Assembly (NCBI GenBank): GCA_045632145.1
Contig: JAZQWB010000005.1
Location: 23,949-87,948, forward strand
Source of the DNA: Eubacteriales bacterium
GTDB lineage: Bacteria > Bacillota > Clostridia > Oscillospirales > CAG-272
Reading direction: 5' to 3'
DNA: 64,000 nt
The position numbers were made by a program, and so were the translations under genes. Of this stretch, positions 48,701 to 59,360 are shown in pieces (the stretch's first letter is position 1; each line of letters begins with the position of its first letter). A model generated the notes under the pieces. The model was not told where the DNA came from, made no database searches, and worked only from the letters and a program-made list of their open reading frames with translations.

Positions 48701-49609
48701 TTAAAGGACTTTGGAAAGGAAGTCCTTAAGTCTTGCGTCCTTGGGGTTGCCGAACACCTCATCGGGAGCGCCCTGCTCCTTGATAACGCCCTCATCGATA
48801 AAGATGATTCTATCAGCAACCTCACGTGCAAAGCCCATCTCGTGAGTAACGATAACCATGGTCATACCCTCACTGGCAAGCTGCTTCATAAGGTCAAGAA
48901 CCTCGCCAACCATCTCGGGGTCAAGGGCTGAGGTAGGCTCGTCAAAGAGGAGCACGTCGGGGTCCATGGCAAGAGCACGAACAATAGCAATTCTCTGCTT
49001 CTGTCCACCCGAAAGTGTGGAGGGATAAACGTTTGCCTTATCCTCAAGGCCGATACGCTTAAGGAGTGCCATCGCCTTTTCCTCTGCCTCCTGCTTGCTC
49101 TTAAGCTTAAGCTCTACGGGAGCAAGAGTAAGGTTATCAAGCACGGTCATATTGTTGAAAAGATTAAAGTGCTGGAACACCATTCCCATCTTCTGACGGG
49201 CAATATTTATGTCGATAAAGTTGTCGTTATAAATCTTCTTCATAACGGCCTTGTATTCCTTGCCCTCAGCAAGAGAAAATCTCTCTTTTAGAAGATCCTC
49301 TTTTCTGATTTTAGCAATAGCGTCCTCGTCACTAAGTCCGCCTGCAATAAGCTTCTTATAGGTGTTTGAAGCTCTGATGACCTCGTTGTGAAGATAGGGA
49401 TCTACGGGATTGACAAGTCTGTCATTAAGCCAAACCTCTCCGTAGGTGGGAACGGTGAGCAGGTTCATACAACGAAGGAGAGTGGATTTACCACTACCCG
49501 ATGCACCGATGATGGCAACAACCTCACCCTTTTTGATGTCGCAATCAACACCCTTCAATACGGTAACGCCATCCTCAAAGGTCTTAATAATATTCTTAAC
49601 GCTTATCAC
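48701..49609 (-). CDS. Polar amino acid ABC transporter ATPase with a ~60-aa insertion
   Basis: [43 protein letters not shown]. Confidence 0.92.
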   Translation of the reverse strand: MISVKNIIKTFEDGVTVLKGVDCDIKKGEVVAIIGASGSGKSTLLRCMNLLTVPTYGEVWLNDRLVNPVDPYLHNEVIRASNTYKKLIAGGLSDEDAIAKIRKEDLLKERFSLAEGKEYKAVMKKIYNDNFIDINIARQKMGMVFQHFNLFNNMTVLDNLTLAPVELKLKSKQEAEEKAMALLKRIGLEDKANVYPSTLSGGQKQRIAIVRALAMDPDVLLFDEPTSALDPEMVGEVLDLMKQLASEGMTMVIVTHEMGFAREVADRIIFIDEGVIKEQGAPDEVFGNPKDARLKDFLSKVL

Positions 49610-50288
49610 CTGCTCTGAGCCTCTTTTCTATAATTTTGATAACGAAGGTAAGAAGATATACAATAGCAAGATAGAAGGCTGCAGCCACCGTCATAGGAAC
49701 AACGTAGCTGGCCATATTGTTACCTGCACCGATAACCTTTGCCGCCTGAGTAAGATCGTACATACCGATCATGCTGACGATAGAGGTCTCCTTGATAAGA
49801 GCTATAAGCTCATTACCGATGGCAGGGATAACGTTCTTGATTGCCTGGGGGATAACTATCTTCATCATAGTGGTCCTACCGCTAAGGCCAAGGGCACGTC
49901 CCGCCTCGGTCTGTCCGATGTCAACAGAGAGGATACCTGCGCGGATATTCTCCGAAACGTAGGCGCCCGAGTTGATACCGAAGGCAACAATCGCGGTAAT
50001 CTCCTTAGGGAAGCCTCTTATAGCAAAAATGGCATATGCCATAATGAAGAGCTGAAGCGCCATAGGAGTGCCTCTGATAATAGTTACGTAAAGCTTGCAG
50101 AGAAGCTTGGGAATCTTCATCCAGGGGCTGTCCTTTGCGATGCCGATCATAGCAACCACAGTACCCAGCACAAGACCGAGCAAGGCAGCAAATACAGAGA
50201 TGAGAAGAGTGGTGCCAAGACCCTCAAAAAGCATACCAACATACTTTTCGTTAGTCAAAAGGACACCGATATTTTTAATAAAATCCAT
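49596..50288 (-). CDS. Polar amino acid ABC transporter permease
   Basis: [32 protein letters not shown]. Confidence 0.93.
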   Translation of the reverse strand: MDFIKNIGVLLTNEKYVGMLFEGLGTTLLISVFAALLGLVLGTVVAMIGIAKDSPWMKIPKLLCKLYVTIIRGTPMALQLFIMAYAIFAIRGFPKEITAIVAFGINSGAYVSENIRAGILSVDIGQTEAGRALGLSGRTTMMKIVIPQAIKNVIPAIGNELIALIKETSIVSMIGMYDLTQAAKVIGAGNNMASYVVPMTVAAAFYLAIVYLLTFVIKIIEKRLRAGDKR

Positions 50289-50358
50289 TTTTCTTTTTTC
50301 TCCAAACGCGGAAAAAGAACTGCACCGTTCAGGCGCGGTTCTTTTCCTGAAAATTATT

Positions 50359-51213
50359 TTAGTTCATACCCATGTGAGCCATAACCATCTTCTCGATCTT
50401 GGTCTGGCCGTTTGCGTCCTTAACAAGAAGCTCATCAAGAACTGCGTTAATAGCTGCAAGAAGCTCGGTGTTACCCTTGGTAACTGCGATAGCGTAGTGC
50501 TCGATTACAGGCTCGTCAGCCTCACCCTCTGCACCGGAGTAGTAGAGAGGATAGTACTTGAAGCCCTTAGTGCTGTTAGCAACGATGTACTGTGCGGGAA
50601 GCTGGTCAACGATGATAGCATCAATAGAGGTGCCAAGCGCATCTGCAGCAACGTTTGCAGAATCCATAGCCTGATGATTGGTGTTGGTGCCGTAAAGCAC
50701 ACCGCCCTCACAGTCGATCTCGGCATCTGCGTAGATCCAACCGGTAGTATCGGTCTGAGTAGCAACGGTAAGACCCTCAAGAGCCTCCCAAACGATGTAC
50801 TCTACACCGTCAACAGTCTTGGTAGCTACGGTAGAGTCTGCAGGAAGAATTACATACTGAATAGAGGTGTAGTAGGGGTTGGAGAAGTCAACCTTTGCTT
50901 CTCTCTCGGGAGTAATGGTAAGACCTGCAGCACCGCAATCAGCAAGAGTGCCCTCTGCAACGGTGTCGATGATGATACCGAAGTCGCCATCCTGCCATAC
51001 GATGTCCTTGCCAAGCTTTTCACCAACAAGCTCCATGATCTCAACGTCAACGCCTACGATAGTAGAGCCGTCATAGTACTCAAAGGGAGCGAAGTATGCA
51101 TTGGTCTGTACGTAAATTTTTTCATTCTCACCGCCGCCGAAGCAGGAGGTAAGTGTCATGCCCATAGCGAGGAGCATGCTCACTGCAAGAATAATAGAGA
51201 TGATCTTTTTCAT
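50359..51213 (-). CDS. Polar amino acid ABC substrate-binding lipoprotein (SBP_bac_3)
   Basis: Lipobox LTSC; TNAYFAPFEY, GVDVEI, TITPER..VDFS.PY. Confidence 0.9.
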   Translation of the reverse strand: MKKIISIILAVSMLLAMGMTLTSCFGGGENEKIYVQTNAYFAPFEYYDGSTIVGVDVEIMELVGEKLGKDIVWQDGDFGIIIDTVAEGTLADCGAAGLTITPEREAKVDFSNPYYTSIQYVILPADSTVATKTVDGVEYIVWEALEGLTVATQTDTTGWIYADAEIDCEGGVLYGTNTNHQAMDSANVAADALGTSIDAIIVDQLPAQYIVANSTKGFKYYPLYYSGAEGEADEPVIEHYAIAVTKGNTELLAAINAVLDELLVKDANGQTKIEKMVMAHMGMN

Positions 51214-51286
51214 TTTGTTTTCCTTCTTTCATTCGGGCCGGGAAAAATTTAAGCTTTTGCTCCGCCCGACTCATATTTACGTTGCT

Positions 51287-51315
51287 ATTATACATCGTGA
51301 AAATGCGTTTGTCAA
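51287..51315 (-). promoter_or_regulatory. Sigma-A promoter of the amino acid ABC operon
   Basis: TTGACA-17 bp-TATAAT on the minus strand. Confidence 0.85.
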
Positions 51316-51395
51316 TAGGTTTTTGCAAAAAAATTCAAAAAATTTGCATTTTTATTCTCAAAATGCCCTTTAATAGCCATTTTATAGCCTTTTGC

Positions 51396-51413
51396 AATGC
51401 ATATTTATTCATT
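51396..51413. promoter_or_regulatory. Candidate ArgR (ARG) box
   Basis: AATGCATATTTATTCATT matches WNTGMATWWWWATKCANW; weaker copy at 51343-51360. Confidence 0.5.
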
Positions 51414-51526
51414 TTCGCTGAATATTGATTTTTTTATGCATATATGATAAAATAGTATTGTGAAAATTTGCGGCATTTTGCAGGGCAAAAATCTTTAAGG
51501 AGGTTCCCGAGTGGGAATTTAATGAT

Positions 51527-53446
51527 ATGATAGCATTATCGGCATCCGAAATTAATCTCTCATTTGGAACCGACGTGATACTTAACGATATCACGTTTGC
51601 AATTAATGACGGTGACAGACTCGGCATTATCGGAGTAAACGGTGCGGGCAAGACCTCGCTGTTCAAGATCATCACAGGTGAGTACACCCCCGACTCGGGT
51701 GCGGTGTATATTCAGAAGGGACACACCGTTGGCGTGCTGGAGCAGAATGCAAAGCTCTCCTCCCTGCCCTCCGATATGAGCTGTATCGAATATATGTATA
51801 CCGCCTACCCCTCTCTGCTTGCTCTTGAAAGAGAGATAGCTGTGACAGAGGCGGCGCTAGCAAGGGCAAGCGGTGAGGAGATTCTCCAGCTGACCTCAAG
51901 GCTCAACGATCAGAACAACCGTTTTGCAGCCGAGGGTGGACTTGAGTTCAGATCCAGATGTCGCGGAATGCTTCTGCGTCTGGGATTTGACGACGAGCTT
52001 ATTGAGAGAAAAATATCTACTCTTTCGGGAGGACAGTACACAAGACTTGCTTTGGCAAGGCTGCTAGCAACCGAGCCCGACATTCTTATGCTTGACGAGC
52101 CCACCAACCATCTGGACATTGATGCTCTCGCGTGGCTTGAAGGCTTCCTTTCTAATTATAAGAAGACGGTCATCATTATTTCCCACGACCGTTACTTCCT
52201 TGACCGAACCACAAACAAGACCCTCTGGCTCCGCTATGGCAAGGCCAGACTGTATAACGGCAGTTACTCAAGATGCAAGGAGCAGAGCGAGAATGAAGCG
52301 GCCGCTATCGAGAAGAGATACAAGGAGCAGCAGAAGGTCATTGCAAGAATAAAGGCCAACATTGAGTTCCAACGCAGATGTAATCAGGAGCACAACTACG
52401 TTACCATCAGGGCAAAGGAAAAGCAGCTTGCCAGAATGGAGAAGATAGAGCTGGCACCCAAGGACGAGAAGAATATGCGTCTGCGTTTTGCCAGCGAGGA
52501 GGAATCTGCAGGAACGGTAATGGAGGCAAAGGACCTGTGCTTCTCCTACGGTGAGAAGGTGCTGATCAAAAACCTTTCCTTCATGATCAAGAGATACGAG
52601 AGAGTAATGTTCCTTGGTGCAAACGGTACTGGAAAATCCACTCTTATGAAGCTGATAAACTCTATGCTCGTACCCACGGGTGGCTCGATTACCCTGGGCT
52701 ACAACATCAAGATAGGCTACTACGATCAGGAGAACCGCGGTCTTACCGACAGTAACACTGTTTTCGGTGAGCTTCGCGAGGCATATCCCGACAAGACAGA
52801 CCTGGAGCTTCGCTCTACCCTGGCGCTATTCCTCTTTGATGCGGACGATATACAGAGAAACGTATCCACCCTTTCGGGCGGAGAGCGTGCAAGACTTACG
52901 CTTGCAAAGCTTATACTTAAAAAGGTAAATCTTCTGGTAATGGACGAGCCTACCAACCATCTGGATATTGGCTCCTGCGAGGCACTTGAGAACGCATTGC
53001 TTGCCTTTGACGGCACTATTGTGGCGGTGTCTCACGACAGATACTTTATCAACCGAATTGCCTCGAGAATTATCGAGCTTGCTCCCGAGAGAGAAAACGG
53101 AATGGTGGACTGTCAGCTTGAGAGCTATGACGATGCCTTCACCGAATATATGCGTATCCGCGAGAGCAGAAATCTGATGCAGGACAGCACAAGAAAATCG
53201 GCGGCGGTTACAGACTCTAAGGCCGAGTATGAGGAAAAGAAACGCGAGAAGGCAAGAGCGCGCAGCGAGGAAAAGCAGCGCGAGAGAGCCGAGAAGAAGA
53301 TACAGGAGCTTGAAAGCGAGCTTGAGGCTCTTGATGCCGAGCTATTCGGCGAGGCGGCAACCGACTATATGCGTGCCGCAGAAATAGAAGAAAGAAAATC
53401 CATGATAGAGGAGGAGCTGCTTTCGCTCTACGAGCTTGTCATGTGA
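51527..53446 (+). CDS. ABC-F family ATPase
   Basis: Two ABC domains (GVNGAGKT and GANGTGKS; LSGG; DEPTNHLD twice; SHDRYF twice), no TM helices, C-terminal coiled coil. Confidence 0.93.
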   Translation: MIALSASEINLSFGTDVILNDITFAINDGDRLGIIGVNGAGKTSLFKIITGEYTPDSGAVYIQKGHTVGVLEQNAKLSSLPSDMSCIEYMYTAYPSLLALEREIAVTEAALARASGEEILQLTSRLNDQNNRFAAEGGLEFRSRCRGMLLRLGFDDELIERKISTLSGGQYTRLALARLLATEPDILMLDEPTNHLDIDALAWLEGFLSNYKKTVIIISHDRYFLDRTTNKTLWLRYGKARLYNGSYSRCKEQSENEAAAIEKRYKEQQKVIARIKANIEFQRRCNQEHNYVTIRAKEKQLARMEKIELAPKDEKNMRLRFASEEESAGTVMEAKDLCFSYGEKVLIKNLSFMIKRYERVMFLGANGTGKSTLMKLINSMLVPTGGSITLGYNIKIGYYDQENRGLTDSNTVFGELREAYPDKTDLELRSTLALFLFDADDIQRNVSTLSGGERARLTLAKLILKKVNLLVMDEPTNHLDIGSCEALENALLAFDGTIVAVSHDRYFINRIASRIIELAPERENGMVDCQLESYDDAFTEYMRIRESRNLMQDSTRKSAAVTDSKAEYEEKKREKARARSEEKQRERAEKKIQELESELEALDAELFGEAATDYMRAAEIEERKSMIEEELLSLYELVM

Positions 53447-53462
53447 TGAAAGGAGTGGTCGG

Positions 53463-54404
53463 GTGACAGTTTTTGAATACCCCTTTAACGAAAAACCGAA
53501 TATAGATAAGTGCGTATTGGCTCTTGGTTTTTTTGACGGTGTACACGTCGCCCACCGAGACCTGCTCTTAAAGGGCAAGGAGGCCGCGAAAAAAAGCGGT
53601 CTGTCCTTTGGAGTATTTACCTTCAAATCCGACGGTAGAATAAAGGCGGGTGCAAAAAGGCTTTACGACGACAGGGAAAAGGCAGAGCTCTTTGAGACTC
53701 TGGGGGCGGATTTCACCGTTTTTGCCGATTTCGGTGCGATTGGTGGCTGCACACCTCGGGACTTTGTAAAGAAAATTCTTGTCGGTGAGCTTTGCTGCAT
53801 CACCTGTGTGGCAGGCTTTAACTTCAGATTTGGCAAGGGCGCGTCGGCAGGAGCAAGCGAGCTCTTGGGATATATGCAGGAGTGTGGCTGTGATGCCATA
53901 ATCTGCGACGAGATTACAGCCGATGACGGAAGCACCCTTTCTGCTACCGGGATACGCAGACTTATTGAGGAAGGCAGGACCGAGGAGGCAAATATGCTTC
54001 TTGGCTCCCCTTATTATATTAAAGGAAGAGTTTTGCACGGAAGAGCCGACGGCCGAAAGCTGGGCTTCCCTACCGCAAACCTGGAAATCGGTGAGGGCAA
54101 GATAGTGCCCCGCCTCGGAGTTTACCGCACGGCTGTGGCTATAGACGGTCGAATTTACTCGGCTGTAACCAATATCGGCAGGTGTCCCACCTTTATGGGT
54201 GAGAGCACAAGGCTGGAGGCACATCTTATCGGCTTTGACGGTAATCTTTACGATAAAGAAATAAAGGTATATATCCTTGGATTTTTACGCGATGAGAGAA
54301 AATTCGGCTCTCTTGATGAGCTGAAGGCGCAGATAAATCTTGACAGGGAAAGAACAATTATAGAAAACGGAGAATTAACATGGCAGGCACTTGGACAAAA
54401 ATAA
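53463..54404 (+). CDS. ribF: Riboflavin kinase/FAD synthetase
   Basis: ALGFFDGVH..H, GFNFRFG, GRKLGFPTAN, EAH, LRDE.KF. Start set at GTG 53463 (RBS AGGAG). Confidence 0.92.
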   Translation: MTVFEYPFNEKPNIDKCVLALGFFDGVHVAHRDLLLKGKEAAKKSGLSFGVFTFKSDGRIKAGAKRLYDDREKAELFETLGADFTVFADFGAIGGCTPRDFVKKILVGELCCITCVAGFNFRFGKGASAGASELLGYMQECGCDAIICDEITADDGSTLSATGIRRLIEEGRTEEANMLLGSPYYIKGRVLHGRADGRKLGFPTANLEIGEGKIVPRLGVYRTAVAIDGRIYSAVTNIGRCPTFMGESTRLEAHLIGFDGNLYDKEIKVYILGFLRDERKFGSLDELKAQINLDRERTIIENGELTWQALGQK

Positions 54405-55294
54405 CCGTTACCGGAAATATAAAGGACCTTGACGGCATCGTTGCAGTAATGAGTATGCTGGACAACGGTCTTATGATAGAGGACTACAGCGACTTTTCGC
54501 TCAACGGCATGTACGGTGAGCTTGTTGACGAGACTATTCTCAACGCAGACCGCGAGACCGTAAAGGTTTCACTCTTTGTCCCCGAGGAGAGAAATCCCCT
54601 TGAGTATAAGGAATTCCTCGAGACCAGGCTCTCTGCCCTCTCTATTGGCGGTGAAATCAGCCTTGAGGGTATGAATGAGGACGACTGGGCAGAAAGCTGG
54701 AAGCAGTATTACAAGCCTGTCCCTCTCGGAAGAATCACCGTTGTTCCTGCCTGGGAAAAGTATGAGGCAAAGGAAGGCGAGGTTATCGTGCGTATGGACC
54801 CCGGTATGGCCTTCGGCACAGGCACCCACGAGACCACAAGACTCGTTATCCGTCTTATGCAGGACGAGCTCCGTGGTGGCGAGCGTCTGCTTGACGTAGG
54901 CACAGGCTCGGGCATCCTCTCTATCTGTGCATCCAAGCTTGGTGCAAGGAGCTGCAACGCATATGACATCGACCCCGTTGCCGTAAAGGTGGCAAGAGAC
55001 AACGCACTTGCAGACGGCTGTAACAATATTACCGTAGGCGTATCCGACCTTCTCAAGGGAGTCGACATCTCCGAGGGCAAGTATGATTTCTGCGTTGCAA
55101 ACATCGTGGCAGACATCATCATTCGTATGCTCCCCGACATCAAGGACTACGTGAAGAGTGGCGCACCCCTTATCCTCTCGGGCATTATCGGTGAGAGAGC
55201 CGACGAGGTAAGAGCCGAGGTTATCAAAAACGGCTTCACGGTTGAAAAGGAAATCAAGGAGAATGACTGGGTAGGAATGCTGGTCAGAATATAA
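54380..55294 (+). CDS. prmA: Ribosomal protein L11 methyltransferase
   Basis: DW..SWKQYYKP, DPGMAFGTGTHETT, LDVGTGSGIL, ANI, LSGII. Confidence 0.95.
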   Translation: MAGTWTKITVTGNIKDLDGIVAVMSMLDNGLMIEDYSDFSLNGMYGELVDETILNADRETVKVSLFVPEERNPLEYKEFLETRLSALSIGGEISLEGMNEDDWAESWKQYYKPVPLGRITVVPAWEKYEAKEGEVIVRMDPGMAFGTGTHETTRLVIRLMQDELRGGERLLDVGTGSGILSICASKLGARSCNAYDIDPVAVKVARDNALADGCNNITVGVSDLLKGVDISEGKYDFCVANIVADIIIRMLPDIKDYVKSGAPLILSGIIGERADEVRAEVIKNGFTVEKEIKENDWVGMLVRI

Positions 55295-55295
55295 T

Positions 55296-56027
55296 ATGCC
55301 AAGATTTTTTGTTAACAAGAGCAATATTGAGGAAAGCAAAATAATTATAGACGGTGTTGACGCTCATCACATCGCCCGCTCTCTCCGTATGGCAGAGGGT
55401 GAGGAGGTTGTTGTGTGCGACGGTGAGGGGGCTGAATATCGCTGCACTCTCAGCCGTATCCGCGACGAGGAGTGCGAGTGTCAGGTTATCGAGGCGCTTA
55501 AGTCCAACACCGAGTCCCCTGTGAGAATAACTCTCTGTATGGCATACCCCAAGGGTGACAAGCTGGAGACCGTTATTCAGAAGGCGGTGGAGCTGGGCTG
55601 CGACCGTATAATTCCCTTTGAGTCCTCAAGATGCATCAAGCGTCCCAAGGCAGAAAAGGCGGAAAAGCAGACCGCAAGGCTTCAGCGTATTGCCGAGGAG
55701 GCGGCAAAGCAGTGCGGCAGAGCAAGAATTCCCGAGGTGCTCTCCCCCCTATCCTTTAAGCAGATGCTTCAGATTGCAAGCCAAAGCGAGCTCTCGCTCC
55801 TCTGCTACGAGAATGAGGATGGCAGAAGCATCAAGGACGAGCTTTCTGGGACGGATAAAAAAAGCATTTCAATTATCGTTGGTGCAGAGGGTGGCTTTGC
55901 CCCCGAGGAGGCTGATATGGCAGTCGAGGCAGGCTGCGTGTCCGTAACCCTGGGCAACAGAATTCTCAGATGCGAAACAGCGCCTCTCTACGCTCTGACA
56001 GCCATATCCTATGAGTTGGAATTGTAA
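55296..56027 (+). CDS. rsmE: 16S rRNA m3U1498 methyltransferase
   Basis: H...SLRM, QKAVELG, EAAKQCGR, GAEGGF, LGNRILRCETA. Confidence 0.95.
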   Translation: MPRFFVNKSNIEESKIIIDGVDAHHIARSLRMAEGEEVVVCDGEGAEYRCTLSRIRDEECECQVIEALKSNTESPVRITLCMAYPKGDKLETVIQKAVELGCDRIIPFESSRCIKRPKAEKAEKQTARLQRIAEEAAKQCGRARIPEVLSPLSFKQMLQIASQSELSLLCYENEDGRSIKDELSGTDKKSISIIVGAEGGFAPEEADMAVEAGCVSVTLGNRILRCETAPLYALTAISYELEL

Positions 56028-56267
56028 ACCATAATTCGCACAAAAGTAATTTATCGTTAAATTATACAAACTTTTTTAACTTTTTTTGTGAAATTTTTCA
56101 TTTTTTTCGAAAAAACTATTGAAAATTATCTAAAAATGAGTTAGAATATAGTACAGTATATACAAAAGCTACCTTTTAGACCCTTCTCCGAAGGGCTTAA
56201 TGGGTAATTTTTGTTGTTTGGTTAAAATAACCCGTAAGTTTTTTATTAACGAAAGGACCGACAAAAC

Positions 56268-57350
56268 ATGTCTAACCGCCTGTATCAGACAGTACTTCAT
56301 CAGATGAAGGATGTTATCGGCCGTACCATCGGTATTATTGATGAGAACGGTATCATTATCGCCTGCAGCGAGCTTTCCAAGATTGGAGAGTCCAAGCAGA
56401 GAATCAGAGAGGAGCTTTCTCTCTCCACCGACGCGATCATCTATGACGGATACACCTACCGATTCATCAATAACGAGCAGAATGACTGCATCTGCTTTGT
56501 TGAGGGTGGCGATTCTCACGCTGGCAGCATGGCTGAGCTTCTCGCAATCTTCCTCGGCAATATGAAATCCCTTTATGACGAGAAATATGACAAGGGCTCC
56601 TTTATCAAGAGCGTTCTTCTTGATAATATCCTTCCCAGTGATATTTACATAAAGTCTAACGAGCTTCACTTCTCCAACGAGGAGCACAGACTCGTATTTG
56701 TAATCAAGTTCCAGAACAGCGGTGTTCTTCCTCCCTACGAGATTATCCAGGAGCTTGTTGGCTCCAGCGACAAGGACTACGTTATCAACATCAGCGAGCA
56801 GGACGTAGTTATCGTTAAGGAGGTTTCTCCTGAGGTTGAGTCTGGGGAGATGGAGGCATACGCACAGGGCATCATCGAGAGCGTGCAGGCAAACCACGGC
56901 CTCAGAGCTCTGGTTGGTATCTCCTCTGTTGTTGACAATCTTAAGGACCTTGCAAGAGCATACAAGGAGGCAAGAATTGCCTTTGAGGTTGGTAAGGTAT
57001 TTGATATTGAGAAGCCCGTTATTTCCTACGAGAATCTCGGTATCGGCAGACTTATCTATCAGCTTCCCACCACCCTCTGCGAGATGTTCCTCTCCGAGGT
57101 ATTCAACAAGGGCAGCCTTGAGTCTCTCGACCGCGAGACCCTTATGACCGTACAGAGCTTCTTCGAGAACAACCTTAACGTTTCCGAGACATCCAGAAAG
57201 CTCTTTGTTCACCGTAACACCCTTGTATACCGTCTTGAGAAGATCAAGAAGCTCTCCGGCCTTGACCTTCGTGAGTTTGAGCACGCGGTAACCTTTAAGG
57301 TTGCGCTTATGGTAAAGAAGTATCTTTCCAACAAGCCTACCAAGTATTAA
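56268..57350 (+). CDS. CdaR/PucR-family transcriptional regulator
   Basis: N-terminal sugar-diacid-recognition-like segment; C-terminal HTH NLNVSETSRKLFVHRNTLVYRLEKI. Confidence 0.9.
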   Translation: MSNRLYQTVLHQMKDVIGRTIGIIDENGIIIACSELSKIGESKQRIREELSLSTDAIIYDGYTYRFINNEQNDCICFVEGGDSHAGSMAELLAIFLGNMKSLYDEKYDKGSFIKSVLLDNILPSDIYIKSNELHFSNEEHRLVFVIKFQNSGVLPPYEIIQELVGSSDKDYVINISEQDVVIVKEVSPEVESGEMEAYAQGIIESVQANHGLRALVGISSVVDNLKDLARAYKEARIAFEVGKVFDIEKPVISYENLGIGRLIYQLPTTLCEMFLSEVFNKGSLESLDRETLMTVQSFFENNLNVSETSRKLFVHRNTLVYRLEKIKKLSGLDLREFEHAVTFKVALMVKKYLSNKPTKY

Positions 57351-57450
57351 TATCGGTTAAACATAGTATAATATATAAAAGTGTTTTCTGGGGTTGCCTT
57401 TTTTCGGGTAGCCCCGAAAATGCGTAAATTTATCCTTGAAGGTAAAGAAA

Positions 57451-58821
57451 TTGATAAAATTAAATAAAAGCACAGTATTAAGTAAGATTTTAGCTTTAAT
57501 TCTTACTTTATCCGTTCTGATTTCCGCCCTCACCTCCTGCAACCTCTTTGGCTACACGGCCGAAAATGCAGATGAGCTTCTTGGCAACGTTGAGGCCTCC
57601 ACCGAGAAGGCGACCTACGGCTTTGTGGCCGACTATCTTAAGGAGTGGGGTGTACCCAGCTTTGACGGTGTGAAATTCAGATATATCGAAACCGTTGTTA
57701 AACAGTACTTCAACTACGGAAGCGGTCTGCCCGAAACCTATGCGCACGCACAGGAAACCGTAAGGCTCTTTGTTGAGAGCTATTACCACCAGATAGACCT
57801 TTCCAACAAGACTGTCGTTACAGACGCGTTGCTTTACTGCTACACCAAGCTGATCGGTGATCCCTACACCATCTACCGTCCCCCCGTTGAGACCGAGGAG
57901 TTCACCTCGGATATGAGCGGCAAATTCGGTGGCATCGGTGTCATCGTGGAGTATAATCACGATGAGGAGACCATTATGGTCGGCACCGTTTATCCCGACT
58001 CCCCCGCCCAAAAGGCAGGCGTGCAGGCCGGTGACTATCTCCATGCCATTGACGGCAAGACCGTTGAGGAGCTTGGATACCTTAATGCAGTTTACTACGT
58101 AAGAGGTGAGATCGGCAGCACAGTTGAGCTTACCCTTATCCGTAACGGTGAGTACATCACTCTCGGCGTTGTACGAGAGGAGGTACAGGAAATCAACGTA
58201 GCCTACGAGCTTGACGAGGAAAGCAAGATAGGTTATATTCAGATCGTACAGTTTAAGGCTAACACCTACGAGCAATTCGTAGAGGCCATTGACTATATGG
58301 AGGCAAACGGTGCGGTTGGTATCGTATTCGACCTGAGAAACAATCCCGGTGGATACCTTAACAGCGTTACCGACGTTATCTCCTACCTTATTCCCAGCGG
58401 TCACACGGTGGTCAGCTATCAATACAAGGGCCAGGGCAAGACCGTATACACCACAGGCAGCGACGGCGCAAGCGGTGACCACGTAGTGAATCTTCCCTTC
58501 GTTGTGCTGTGCAACGAAAACACAGCATCTGCAGGTGAGATCTTCACTGCAGCCCTCAGAGACTATGATGAAGAGGGACTTCTTCGTGCCACCATCGTGG
58601 GTACGAGGACCTTTGCCAAGGGCATTATGCAGAGCACAGTTTACTACCTTGACCAGTCATCTATCACTCTTACCGTAGCATACTACGATCCGCCCTGCGG
58701 AGTTAACTACCACGGCACAGGTGTAACACCTGACGTTGTAGTTGAGAATACCGATTCTACGGTTGATCTTCAGCTTGAGGCAGGCTATTCCGAGATGCTT
58801 AAGCTTCTTGGCGCTAACTAA
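57451..58821 (+). CDS. S41 C-terminal processing protease (CtpA-like lipoprotein with PDZ)
   Basis: Lipobox LTSC; FGGIG PDZ motif, DLRNNPGG, TASAGE, TFAKG. Start uncertain (57436 or 57451). Confidence 0.9.
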   Translation: MIKLNKSTVLSKILALILTLSVLISALTSCNLFGYTAENADELLGNVEASTEKATYGFVADYLKEWGVPSFDGVKFRYIETVVKQYFNYGSGLPETYAHAQETVRLFVESYYHQIDLSNKTVVTDALLYCYTKLIGDPYTIYRPPVETEEFTSDMSGKFGGIGVIVEYNHDEETIMVGTVYPDSPAQKAGVQAGDYLHAIDGKTVEELGYLNAVYYVRGEIGSTVELTLIRNGEYITLGVVREEVQEINVAYELDEESKIGYIQIVQFKANTYEQFVEAIDYMEANGAVGIVFDLRNNPGGYLNSVTDVISYLIPSGHTVVSYQYKGQGKTVYTTGSDGASGDHVVNLPFVVLCNENTASAGEIFTAALRDYDEEGLLRATIVGTRTFAKGIMQSTVYYLDQSSITLTVAYYDPPCGVNYHGTGVTPDVVVENTDSTVDLQLEAGYSEMLKLLGAN

Positions 58822-58857
58822 ACTTTACAAAATATAGTTAACAGGAGAAATATAACA

Positions 58858-59334
58858 ATGGAACAGAAGACCTATACCCAGGCAGGCTACGACGCACTTA
58901 AGAACGAGCTTGCTGATATTAACGAGAGAATTGAAGAAAACAAGAAGGATATTTCCACCGCGCGCTCTTACGGTGACCTCTCCGAGAACTCCGAGTACGA
59001 CGAGGCAAAGCAGGAGCAGGGCAAGCTTCATCAGAGAAAGGCTGAGCTCGAGGAGATGATCGCAAATGCGAAGATTCTTGACGAGTCCCAGATTGATGAG
59101 AAGGCTATCAGCGTTGGATCTATCGTAGTAGTTTACAACCAGGAGAGAGCAAGAGAAATCACCTATCACATTGTTGGCTCCTACGAGACCGACCCCGTAA
59201 ACGGCAAGATCTCCGACTCCTCTCCCGTAGGCATCGCTCTTCTCGGCGCAAAGGAAGGCAACGAGGTTGTTGTTTCGGGCGCGAGAGAGCAGCACCTTAA
59301 GGTTCTTAAGGTAACCAGAGCTAAGGAAGCGTAA
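58858..59334 (+). CDS. greA: Transcription elongation factor GreA
   Basis: ARSYGDLSENSEYDEAK; IS..SPVG.AL. Confidence 0.95.
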   Translation: MEQKTYTQAGYDALKNELADINERIEENKKDISTARSYGDLSENSEYDEAKQEQGKLHQRKAELEEMIANAKILDESQIDEKAISVGSIVVVYNQERAREITYHIVGSYETDPVNGKISDSSPVGIALLGAKEGNEVVVSGAREQHLKVLKVTRAKEA

Positions 59335-59360
59335 GATTTGCTTCCGGAAAGGACAAAAAC

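Noticed and set aside
56165..56260. Riboswitch in the cdaR-like leader
   Set aside because: Only a short CCCTTC/GAAGGG hairpin; no recognisable aptamer or terminator
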